From assembly GCA_963788655.1 (NCBI GenBank), contig CAWBHS010000057.1:128001-192000 (forward strand): a DNA stretch of 64,000 nucleotides, in the 5' to 3' direction. The DNA comes from an uncultured Verrucomicrobiae bacterium. GTDB lineage: Bacteria > Verrucomicrobiota > Verrucomicrobiia > Limisphaerales > JAFGQR01. The notes beneath the pieces are model-generated. The model had not been told where the DNA came from, made no database searches, and saw only the letters and a program-made list of their open reading frames with translations. Shown in pieces: positions 1 to 8,820 of this stretch (its first letter is position 1; the number at the start of each line of letters is the position of its first letter). Both the position numbers and the translations under genes were made by a program.

Positions 1-1777
1 ACCTTCGCATGTATGCTGGAACCCGGAGTCGTTCGCACCTCGCGGTCAATCGTGGCCTGGATCTTTCGCTCCAGTTTGCGATCGTCCAATTGCATCAAGT
101 CCGCGGCGCCTGCGCCTTTTGAAGCGTCCGGGGCGCTTTGATCCAACGTTTGTTGACCGGCATTCTCCTCGCGATTACGGGTATATTGGCGATCTTCCAT
201 GCGGGTGCCAGAACCTCGCTGAAATGAGGCCTGGCCAAAATAAGCATCGACGCCCTGTTGCCACTGGGCCCGCTGACGCGCGTTCATGAACTGCGCCTTG
301 GTTGCCGCGATTAACACGGCGTCCCCATTGCGCGCCGGGCGCAAGGCGCGGACCGGCACCAGCACATCGGTTTCACCAATCCCCAATGCGCCGCCGTAAG
401 AAATGATGGCAAATGGCATTGCGCCGCGTTGCAAGTCCACAATCAAATCACTCACGTTTCCCACCGACTCGCCATCCTGTCCCCTTACGTCCCGACCGAT
501 CAACGAACTGGCTTTCATGGTCGAGCGATTCCGCTCGTTCAGCATCTGGCGGTTACTACCCGAACGCTCCGGCGGCAGAGCTCCCCGGCGAGACGCCTCG
601 CGATGGGACCAGCCTGCTTCCTCGCTTTGCCACTCGGGCTCCTGCCCGCGGGCGAACTGCCGGTTCTGCTGGTTGTAGCCCTCATTTTGCTGGTTGTAGG
701 ATTGATTCGGTTGGTTGTAATGGGCATTCCACGTCTCGGATTGGTGCGGGGCGCCAGTGAAAAAACGATCAATGTCCTGCGCCCACTTTTCCTGCTCCAT
801 ACCCGTCCAATTGCGGTCGGGCCGCTGGGGTGCGTTCTGAAGCTGCTCCTCGGTCGCCGAGAGCATCAGTTGTTTGCCGCTGGACGACCGCAAGGTGCGA
901 AGGGGCACGAGGACATTGCTTTTACCCAGGCCCGCTATACCCCCAGTGGCAATCACGGCGAAGGGCGCCTGGCCGCTGCGCAGATTGATGATCAAATCCT
1001 TGACCTCGCCGAGCGATTCGTTCTGGTCATTGGTTACCTTTTTGCCGATGAGCGTGCTGGCGCGGCAGGAGTTGTGGGCGATTTCACTGCGCTCCCAATC
1101 GGAACGTCCTTGCCCGGCTTGCGTCTGATCCTCGTCGGTGTTTTCGCGCGCTGAACGATCCGTGCGACTCGTCTCCTGTTCCCGCGTGTATTGACGGTCC
1201 TGAGCGGATGTCGTGAACCGATCGCGGCGGTACTGGGACTGCGACTGATTGCGGCGGAACGGCTGGCCATAATAGGCATCAATGCCGTCCGCCCATTCTT
1301 CGTTTTGGACCGCGGAAGCCCACGCGCCCTGCGGTTGTTCACTGGCGTTTTCGAATGACTGCTTGGACGCGGACAGCAACAGTTCATTGGCACGATCGGA
1401 CTGGTTCAGATCCTCAATGGGCACCAGAACATCCGTGGCGCCGATCCCCAATGCCCCACCGGTACGTAATGATGGCAAATGGGGCCCGCCCCGCGGCGAG
1501 GTTGACGATCAAGTCATTGACCTTGCCGAGGTTCTCGCCTTGGTCGTTCTTGACCGCTTTGCCCATCACGTCGCTCGCTCGGCATGTTTCCTTGGGCATT
1601 CGGCGAGCTCCGCGGCTGCGGGATGTTTCTTGGTACATGTCGATCGCCCTGGTCATGACTGCGCTGGCCCTGATACGACTGATCACCCGTGCGACCGGAC
1701 TGGGCGCCGGCGTTGACGGTCAGCATCACGCCGGTGGCCGCTAGGACGACGGCAAATTGATGTAATTGAATTCTCAT
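1..1777 (-). CDS. Secreted protein with three PRC-barrel domains, possibly followed by a BON domain; runs off the left edge; two apparent frameshifts (~1640, ~1460)
   Basis: Signal-like start MRIQLHQFAVVLAATGVMLTVNAGA. Three repeats read by hand on the - strand: CRASDVMGKAVKNDQGENLGKVNDLIVNL, CRASTLIGKKVTNDQNESLGEVKDLIINL, KASSLIGRDVRGQDGESVGNVSDLIVDL, each followed by PFAxIxxGGxxGxG. Frame ends DDRKLERKIQATID. Confidence 0.8.
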
Positions 1778-1857
1778 GTATATCCTTATGTTTTTGTCGA
1801 TTGATGGGTACAATGTTTTCACGCCGCCGTTCGCGGCGGCCCGATGAGTATCTTAAT

Positions 1858-1873
1858 AGCCATTGACATGCCA
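1858..1873 (-). promoter_or_regulatory. Putative sigma54 (-24/-12) promoter of the PRC-barrel gene
   Basis: TGGCATGTCAATGGCT on - strand, GG-N10-GC spacing, ~80 bp upstream of the ATG. Confidence 0.6.
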
Positions 1874-1985
1874 TCGGCTTGAAAGACTGGTGGCACGCAC
1901 CGTTCACCCGCGTACTTCTGTGCCATTCGGACCTTCGCTCGTTTCAACCGGTTGGCAGACGGCGGAGAACACCGGTCGATTGAAA

Positions 1986-2028
1986 TGCAAAGTGCAATTC
2001 TCCCCACCGCCGAAGCCTGCATTCTGCA
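1986..2028. promoter_or_regulatory. Pair of TGCA-N3-TGCA sites (putative enhancer-binding-protein UAS)
   Basis: TGCAAAGTGCA at 1986 and TGCATTCTGCA at 2018, 32 bp apart. Confidence 0.55.
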
Positions 2029-2051
2029 TAATGAGGGCTTCATAAAACGAT

Positions 2052-2960
2052 TCACGCATGGTCGAGTTGCAAGGCCCGGCCATAGGCCGCCTGCGTAAAG
2101 GCCGCGAAAGCCTGGTCGAGGTTCAGGGCGGGAAATTCCATCTGTTCGAGATCCGTGGTGCCCAAGCCGAGCCGGCCCGCCTCCCACAAGTGATGGACGC
2201 CACGGACCGTGAATCCCAACAGCATCGCTCCCACCACGTCGGCGGCGATTGGATCGTTGCTGGCCATGGCCAGCCCGGTTTCCACCGTATGTCCGCCAAT
2301 GGGTCCGAGGCCAACCATCGCCGGATGTCCAACGGTCACGGCGAATTGCGCCGGGAAACGTCGCGCCATGGCGGCGATGAACGAATGCATGTCGTCGAAA
2401 AACTGATGCCCATGTTCGTACGAGCCCCGCGGATGGCCATAGTAATCCGCCGCGGGAAAGGACATGGCGACGTTTTTCAATCCCAAGGTGACAGTCGCCG
2501 TTTCGTGGACTTTGAGTTGGTTCAGCGTGATCAGCGTTTCGTACGTCAACACGCGCGGGTTCACCATGACACTGGACTGGGGGCCTGCCACGTCACGGTT
2601 CGGCGCGTATTCCAGCGTTACTTCCTTAAACGGCGGCCGGTTGTGGTCGAAGAATTCCGCGTACTCTTCTTCCACCACATCCATGAGGCCGGCCAGGCGG
2701 AAGATCTCGTCCGTTTCGCCGGCCCCCGAGCCTCCCGTCACCACGAGTTCCTTTGGGTGGAACTGTTTTATGTAACGCAACACGGCCCGTAACGAATCCG
2801 GTTGCGTGACGGCAGTCGTATCGTCCGTATCCGCCCAGGTGTCGTTGGGTTTGATCGCGACGACTTTGTTACGGAGCAGGGACTCGAGGTCAAAATGCCC
2901 CATTGCTTGGACAATGGCGTCTTGGATCTCCCCGTTTTGCGTGATGGCGACTTTGGGCAT
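2052..2960 (-). CDS. DUF362 family protein
   Basis: KVVAIKPN, GGSGAGET, LKVHETATVTLGLKN, DPIAADVVGA motifs; start taken at MPKVAITQN. Confidence 0.85.
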   Translation of the reverse strand: MPKVAITQNGEIQDAIVQAMGHFDLESLLRNKVVAIKPNDTWADTDDTTAVTQPDSLRAVLRYIKQFHPKELVVTGGSGAGETDEIFRLAGLMDVVEEEYAEFFDHNRPPFKEVTLEYAPNRDVAGPQSSVMVNPRVLTYETLITLNQLKVHETATVTLGLKNVAMSFPAADYYGHPRGSYEHGHQFFDDMHSFIAAMARRFPAQFAVTVGHPAMVGLGPIGGHTVETGLAMASNDPIAADVVGAMLLGFTVRGVHHLWEAGRLGLGTTDLEQMEFPALNLDQAFAAFTQAAYGRALQLDHA

Positions 2961-2979
2961 AAGACACTGTGCGGTCGGT

Positions 2980-3663
2980 TCAATGGGCGTGCTGCGCATG
3001 ATGGGCATGCTTCGCCATTTCTTTCGGATTGTGCATGCCTTCTTTGATGCCCCAATGAATGAGGAGAACGTTCACCGGGTAAGCCGCCAGCAACCCCATG
3101 GAGAGGGAAATGATCAAGCTGCTCCAAAAGAGCGGATCGTTCCAACCGGCCTTGCCGCCCAGCCAAAGGTCCACGCCAACGGCGACAATTTCCATCACCG
3201 CGATGCTAGCCGATTCGCTGTACGCCGCGTCTCGCAATGCCTGGCTCCAGCTTTCTCCCTCCTGCAACAACGGGCCCATGGTCAGCGCAAACCCCATCGC
3301 ATACGCCAATACGAACGTAATGCCGCTGATCCACCAGTTGGAGAGGGAAAGCAAGCCGGCGGCAATCATAACGCCAATAACTTCACCGGCGCCGCAGCCC
3401 GAATAGCAATGGGCAACCGAACGAAAGCCTTTTCGCCAAAGGGAGTCGCGAGTAATCTGCTTTCGTCCCGAGCCATAGTAAATGGCCAACCCGACGGGGC
3501 CGGAGTAGAGGACGGTCAGGATCCACACGACCTTCATCAGCGACATCAACTCCGGGTTCCGGCTGCGCAGATCGTAAATCACCACCGCGAGGCAAATCAA
3601 CATCACCGTCACCCAGACTCCCATGACCCACAAATTCGTAATCGCCGCGCGGAGCGTTTCCAT
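2980..3663 (-). CDS. DUF4396 family membrane protein
   Basis: Multi-TM; SVAHCYSGCGAGE and AAYPVNxxLIxxGIKExM motifs; His-rich tail. Confidence 0.85.
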   Translation of the reverse strand: METLRAAITNLWVMGVWVTVMLICLAVVIYDLRSRNPELMSLMKVVWILTVLYSGPVGLAIYYGSGRKQITRDSLWRKGFRSVAHCYSGCGAGEVIGVMIAAGLLSLSNWWISGITFVLAYAMGFALTMGPLLQEGESWSQALRDAAYSESASIAVMEIVAVGVDLWLGGKAGWNDPLFWSSLIISLSMGLLAAYPVNVLLIHWGIKEGMHNPKEMAKHAHHAQHAH

Positions 3664-3885
3664 ACAGCCTCGTCTCGCTTGCCAATGGCTGTGACCGGAA
3701 CGGACTTACCCCTCGGCGGGCGCTTGGCCAAGCTCGGCCACGTGGTTCCCGCTACGGTTAACCAAGGCGAAACGCACCGGGAGAAGGTGCCGTGATGCTA
3801 CTTCCCGCACGTAATTCACCCCGTCCGCTGCGCGCTTCTGGTTCTCCGTTCCGGTCATTCTTTGCATCCAGTCTCAGCCCATGGC

Positions 3886-4380
3886 TTACACCGCTTGGGC
3901 GGCTTTGGGATTCGCGGAGGCTGACGCGAGCTGGGTCAGCTTTTGGTCGGCGGCTTTTTCCTCGGCGAGGTTTTCTTTCAGCAGCGAGAGCGCCTCGGTG
4001 TGGCCCATTCGTTTGGCCCAGGCGCAGAGGCTGCCGTAAGAAGCCACCTCGTAATGCTCCGTCTTCTGGGCGGCGCAAATCAAAGCGGCATTTAATTCCT
4101 CGGATTGCTTGTGTTGGGACATCACTTCTTCGCCCTCGGCAATGATTCCCTCGATCCCTTTGCATTTTTTCCGTTTGGGCGATTCGTCCAACGATTGAAA
4201 CACTTGATCCAGGCGAGAGACGTGATTCTCCGTTTCTTTAAGGTGCATTTCGAAGGCTTCCCGCAGCTCGTCACTCTCCGCCGCCTTGGCCAATTTGGGC
4301 AGCGCTTTGGTCAATTGTTGTTCGGCGCTGTACATGTCCGCCAGTTCATCCAAAAACAGTTCGTGCAATCCGTTATTCAT
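3886..4380 (-). CDS. Ferritin-like DUF892 (YciE/YciF) stress protein
   Basis: DELADMYSAEQQLTKALPKLA, HLKETENHVSRL, AAQKTEHYEVASYG, EEKAADQKLT. Confidence 0.92.
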   Translation of the reverse strand: MNNGLHELFLDELADMYSAEQQLTKALPKLAKAAESDELREAFEMHLKETENHVSRLDQVFQSLDESPKRKKCKGIEGIIAEGEEVMSQHKQSEELNAALICAAQKTEHYEVASYGSLCAWAKRMGHTEALSLLKENLAEEKAADQKLTQLASASANPKAAQAV

Positions 4381-4459
4381 AATATCTCGAGTTTTCGTTT
4401 AGTTGTTTGAGAGGCGACGGCGGGCTTTACGCCATACCCGTCCCTGAGATAAATCATAG

Positions 4460-4475
4460 AGCCGTAACCGTGCCA
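4460..4475 (-). promoter_or_regulatory. Putative sigma54 promoter of the DUF892 gene
   Basis: TGGCACGGTTACGGCT on - strand (GG-N10-GC), 80 bp upstream of the ATG. Confidence 0.6.
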
Positions 4476-4542
4476 CGAGGCTGGCTTCGGGAGAGGGCCT
4501 GAAGATCAACACACTCACGCAAGCGCTCCCTCCAACTGCTCA

Positions 4543-4585
4543 TGCAGAATGCATTAAACTCGCCCCAAAGCTCATGCAAGTTGCA
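4543..4585. promoter_or_regulatory. Second pair of TGCA-N3-TGCA sites (putative UAS)
   Basis: TGCAGAATGCA at 4543 and TGCAAGTTGCA at 4575, again 32 bp apart. Confidence 0.55.
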
Positions 4586-4804
4586 GCGGGTTTTGCGAAT
4601 GATCTCCTGGGGTGAACATGGCGGCAGAGCCAAGGCCGCCCTCACCACTTCACAAAAATCCTCTTTGGAAATCCCTCCACGCCGCCCGTCCCAATGATGG
4701 AGTTGGGCTAGCGGATTCCACGATTCCGAGTTGCGTTTTCCGCGGTGGGAAGAATCAGGTTTGATCTGATTGTAGCGGGGCCACTTTGCAGTAGGCTTGA
4801 GCGT

Positions 4805-5347
4805 ATGACTTTAAGCGCAACGCAACAACCGGAGCGTCCGGAACCGGCGTCTATGAAAACGATAATTATCTACGTTGACACCGCCATGGCGGCGGCGGTG
4901 AATGCGACATTGGACAGCGTATCAAGCCAGGCAAACGAGTGGTGCCAGTGGCACGTGCAGCCATGGCGGGCGGAGGGGTTGAAGCTCCCGCTCGCCGCGA
5001 CGGAAGCGCTGACGGAAGCCGCCGATGCGCACGTCGTGGTCTTCGCCCTGGCACAATCCAGGGTCCTCCCCGGGTGGTTGATTGACTGGCTGGAATGATG
5101 GGCGCAAGGCCGGCACATCCCCGATGCTGCCGTGGCGGTGTACGGGCGCACCCCCGGCCACGCCGTTTGGCGGGATGGCGAGGACGATTTGTTGGATTTC
5201 GCCTCCCGCCATGGTTTGCCCCTCATCATGGACCCGGCTAGCCTGGTCGAAACTGAAACCGCCTCCGGATTTCACTTCCCCTCTGAACGCGGGTCTTCTG
5301 GCAGCGATGAACATCCTGGCTGGGGAAGGAATGAATCAACCGCATAG
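4805..5347 (+). pseudogene. Hypothetical protein interrupted by an in-frame TGA at 5096-5098
   Basis: ...LIDWLE*WAQGRHIPDAAVAVY... continues in the same frame to ...HPGWGRNESTA; ORFs 4745..5098 and 5132..5347 share a frame. Confidence 0.6.
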
Positions 5348-5599
5348 CCGGCACAGCGCTACGGCTGATTGGTAAGAGCATTGCCGGTTTTCAAGGCGGG
5401 GAGGCGGCTCTTCCACAGCGGCATTTTGAGGTCCAACTTTGTTTCACCATGTCCGTTTATGCCCCCCAATAAAGGCCCGGCGACATCCGACGATGCTGCA
5501 CAAGGCAGTTGAGATTCCCAAATGATTGTCCTAAGTTGCGCTGTTCCTTGGTCGTAATGAGGAACGAATGAAACAAACAATAAACGACCTACAAAACCC

Positions 5600-6040
5600 A
5601 TGAGTACGACAACAAATCGAGTCATCCAACCCTACCTGTTCTTCAACGGGCGCTGCGAAGATGCGGTGAACTTCTACAAACGTGCGCTCGGAGCCGAAGT
5701 GCAGATGATGATGCGTTACAAGGAAAGCCCGGAACCGTCCTCGCCAGATCATCCGATGCCGCCGGATTGGGGCGACAAGATCATGCACGCGAGCATGAAG
5801 ATCGGTGAAACCGTGGTGATGGCCTCCGATGGTTGCGACGAGAAGACCTTGTTCCAGGGATTCTCCCTTTCGATCACCGTCCCGGACGAGGCGGATGCGG
5901 ATCGCGTGTTCGCCGCGCTGAGTGAAGGCGGGCAGGTTCGGCTGCCGCTGACCAAAACGTTTTGGTCGCCGCGCTTCGGCATGTTGCAAGACAAGTTCGG
6001 CGTGGGCTGGATGATCGGGGTGATGCCGGCCAGCACGTGA
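5600..6040 (+). CDS. VOC/PhnB family glyoxalase-like protein
   Basis: IQPYLFFNGRCEDAVNFY, KIMHASMKIG, TFWSPRFGMLQDKFGVGWMI. Confidence 0.92.
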   Translation: MSTTTNRVIQPYLFFNGRCEDAVNFYKRALGAEVQMMMRYKESPEPSSPDHPMPPDWGDKIMHASMKIGETVVMASDGCDEKTLFQGFSLSITVPDEADADRVFAALSEGGQVRLPLTKTFWSPRFGMLQDKFGVGWMIGVMPAST

Positions 6041-6150
6041 CACACGGATGCCGCCTGCGGCCTAGCGGGCAACGCAGCGCGCTGCCCAAGAATCCGTAGC
6101 GGCAGGCAGTCTTGCCTGTCACTGCAAATGCAACTGGAAAGCAAAAGCGC

Positions 6151-6603
6151 ATGAGCAACGGCGCATCACAAACAATGGAAACTCAAGGCGCCAAGGGAAA
6201 TTCGTTCGACCGCGTTGGGCCGGCCATCGTGCGAGTGCTGTTGGGCCTGATGTTCCTCGTGTTTGGCTTAAATGGCTTCTTGAACTTCATGCCGGCGCCG
6301 AAGGATATGCCCCAGGACATCCTGACGGTGATGGGGGCTCTGATGCAGGCGGGATATATGAACGTGGTTTCGGGGGCAGAAGTGATCGTCGCCGTGTTGT
6401 TGCTGACGAACCGCTTCGTGCCGCTAGCCCTGGCGCTGCTCGCGCCGATCATCGTTGGCATCCTGACGTTTCACATCGCCATGCAGCCAGCGACGATTGG
6501 TCCCGGCATCGTTGTCACCGTCATGGAATTATATCTGGCCTGGGCCTACCGCAGCGCGTTCAAGCCAATGCTCCGCGTGCGCACCAGGCCAGGCGACAAC
6601 TGA
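6151..6603 (+). CDS. DoxX family membrane protein
   Basis: RVLLGLMFLVFGLNGF; LALALLAPIIVGILTFH; 4 TM segments. Confidence 0.85.
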   Translation: MSNGASQTMETQGAKGNSFDRVGPAIVRVLLGLMFLVFGLNGFLNFMPAPKDMPQDILTVMGALMQAGYMNVVSGAEVIVAVLLLTNRFVPLALALLAPIIVGILTFHIAMQPATIGPGIVVTVMELYLAWAYRSAFKPMLRVRTRPGDN

Positions 6604-6638
6604 ACATCAAACCATCCCATCGAAAGAAACAAAAGATT

Positions 6639-7085
6639 ATGCCCAATAACACGATTAAGCTTCACCGCGTGCTTCGCTCCCCACCCGAGCGAGTCTATTG
6701 CGCATTCCTCGATGCCGACGCGATGACCAAATGGCTTCCACCCAACGGATTCACCGGCAAGGTGCATCACCTGGACGCCAAAGTGGGCGGCAGCTACAAA
6801 ATGTCGTTCACTAATTTCACCACGGGCAAGAGCCACTCCTTTGGCGGGAGCTATCTTGAACTCGTGCCCAACGAGCGTATTTGCCACACCGACAAATTCG
6901 ACGACCCAAATCTGCCTGGCGAGATGCGCGTGACGATCCAGTTGAAGAAAGTCTCGTGCGGGACCGAATTGACTGTCGTGCAGGAGGATGTCCCCGCCGC
7001 AATTCCTGTCGAGGCTTGCTATCTTGGCTGGCAGGAATCACTGGTGCTTTTGGCGAAATTGGTTGAGGCGGAGATTCCGGATTAG
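6639..7085 (+). CDS. SRPBCC/AHSA1 family protein
   Basis: PPERVYxAFLDADAMxKWLPP, GGSYKMSF, CYLGWQESL. Confidence 0.9.
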   Translation: MPNNTIKLHRVLRSPPERVYCAFLDADAMTKWLPPNGFTGKVHHLDAKVGGSYKMSFTNFTTGKSHSFGGSYLELVPNERICHTDKFDDPNLPGEMRVTIQLKKVSCGTELTVVQEDVPAAIPVEACYLGWQESLVLLAKLVEAEIPD

Positions 7086-7261
7086 TGAATAACCCAGAAC
7101 AGATAGACTCGTTGACAGTTTTGCTTTATCACGAGGGGCTCGCCGAAGAACTCGGCTGACGGCTCAGGGATCGCGCGTCGCCCGGTCGCCGCCAGGAGCG
7201 CCGTTGGAACCAGAGCTGGTTCGGGAGAAAAACCATTTCGAAAACAACAGCCAAAGCAAAA

Positions 7262-7738
7262 ATGCAAATGAAAATCACACCATTCCTTTGGTTCGATGAT
7301 CAAGCCGAGCAGGCTGCGAAGTTTTACACCTCCATTTTCAAGAAATCGAAAATCAAAAGCGTCACGCGCTACAGCGACGCGGGGCCCGGCCCGAAAGGCT
7401 CGGTGATGACTGTGACATTCGAGATCGAGGGGCGGGAGTTCATCGCGCTGAACGGCGGGCCGCAGTACCAGTTCAACGAATCCGTCTCGTTTATGGTGCA
7501 TTGTAAAACGCAGGCGGAGGTGGACCGCTATTGGAAGAAACTCACGTCCGGCGGCGGCAAGGAAGTGGCGTGCGGCTGGCTCAAGGACAAATACGGCCTA
7601 TGCTGGCAGATCGTGCCCACCGTGCTCCTCGAACTCATATCCTCCAAAGACGCGGCCAAATCACAACGCGTCATGCAAGCCATGATGAACATGGTCAAGC
7701 TCGACATCAGAAGATTGAAGCAGGCAGCCAGAGGCTAG
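7262..7738 (+). CDS. VOC family protein (3-demethylubiquinone-9 3-methyltransferase-like)
   Basis: KITPFLWFDDQAEQAAKFY, ALNGGP, CGWLKDKYGLCWQIVP. Confidence 0.92.
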   Translation: MQMKITPFLWFDDQAEQAAKFYTSIFKKSKIKSVTRYSDAGPGPKGSVMTVTFEIEGREFIALNGGPQYQFNESVSFMVHCKTQAEVDRYWKKLTSGGGKEVACGWLKDKYGLCWQIVPTVLLELISSKDAAKSQRVMQAMMNMVKLDIRRLKQAARG

Positions 7739-7744
7739 CGGTCC

Positions 7745-8302
7745 ATGAATATTCGCATCGCGTTATTCCGGGGCATCAACGTTGGAGGCAAACACAGTTT
7801 GCCAATGAAAGAACTGGTGTCGTTATTGGAAGCTCTCGGTTGCCGGAACGTTCGCACCTACATTCAGAGCGGCAATGCCGTGTTCGAGAGCGGCGAGAAG
7901 AACGCGACGAAGTTGGCGAATCGGATCAGCACCGAAGTCGGAAAATGCCGCGGGTTCAAGCCTTCCGTTTTGGTTCTCGGCATTGGCGAATTCGAGAAGG
8001 CGATGCAGCAAAATCCGTTTCCCGCGGCGGAAGCTGATCCCAAATCGCTGCACCTGGGTTTCCTCGCCGCCATCCCCAAACGTCCCGACCTGAAACGGCT
8101 TGAAGTCCTCAAAAAGAACAGTGAACAGTTTCGCCTCATTGGCCGGATATTTTACTTGCACGCGCCCGAAGGCGTCGGACGGTCCAAACTGGCCGCCGGC
8201 ATCGAACAGTGTCTCGGCGTGCCACTGACGGTTCGTAATTGGCGAACCGTCTGCAAGCTCCTGGAACTGGCAAGCGAGATGAACCGGAGCCGCCCGGCCT
8301 GA
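7745..8302 (+). CDS. DUF1697 family protein
   Basis: IALFRGINVGG, VRTYIQSGN, TVRNWRTV. Confidence 0.92.
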   Translation: MNIRIALFRGINVGGKHSLPMKELVSLLEALGCRNVRTYIQSGNAVFESGEKNATKLANRISTEVGKCRGFKPSVLVLGIGEFEKAMQQNPFPAAEADPKSLHLGFLAAIPKRPDLKRLEVLKKNSEQFRLIGRIFYLHAPEGVGRSKLAAGIEQCLGVPLTVRNWRTVCKLLELASEMNRSRPA

Positions 8303-8314
8303 TGAGATCAGGCT

Positions 8315-8640
8315 GGCTGCAGTTACACAACGAATATCCGAAATATCTACTGGAGAGACGAAGAGGCATTCTGGCGGCTCGTAGTATGATGCTTCGGACG
8401 TTTTTGGTGTAGTTCCCGTGACGATTTGACCGAGTTCAGCAATCTGAATTTGTTGCTTTTCACTTCCGCTCAGCGCGTCTTCAAACCACGCCTCCTGTGC
8501 AACAACGGCTGAAGACAAGAGCTTGCCTTGAGCCTGTGCGACTTCATCCACCGCCCAGAGGATTTCGGCGCTGCGGCGCTGCTGGTCGAGCGGCGGGAGG
8601 TCGAACTCCTCCAGCTTGAGCGTCGTCCAGTTGAAGGCGT
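8315..8640 (-). pseudogene. Internal fragment of a type I restriction-modification specificity subunit (HsdS)
   Basis: NWTTLKLEEFDLPPLDQQRRSAEILWAVDE helical spacer then LGQIVTGTTPKT (TRD start); truncated at both ends; AT-richer. Confidence 0.75.
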
Positions 8641-8820
8641 ACCAACTGTGGGGTAACGACCACGAGGATCCGCCTCTCCTACCGCGCGTCGAGAACCTGG
8701 TCAACAAGGAAGGGATTATGCCTGAAATAGAGCCCTCAGGTCCGCGACTGGAACAAATTCGTCACCGGCTGGGTTTTAACCGGCCGTCCCGAGTCGGCGT
8801 TGGTGCGCGACCTAACGGGG

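Noticed and set aside
429..1154. 241-aa + strand ORF and other long antisense ORFs (2806..3795, 16681..17634, 32218..33435, 53381..54844)
   Set aside because: Shadow frames of well-supported opposite-strand genes in GC-rich DNA.
7085..7262. Integron attC site between small genes
   Set aside because: No clear RYYYAAC...GTTRRRY pair with matching inner boxes, and no integrase.
7823..8707. 294-aa ORF as a real HsdS fusion protein
   Set aside because: Only the 8315-8640 part is HsdS-like; the rest is antisense to the DUF1697 gene.
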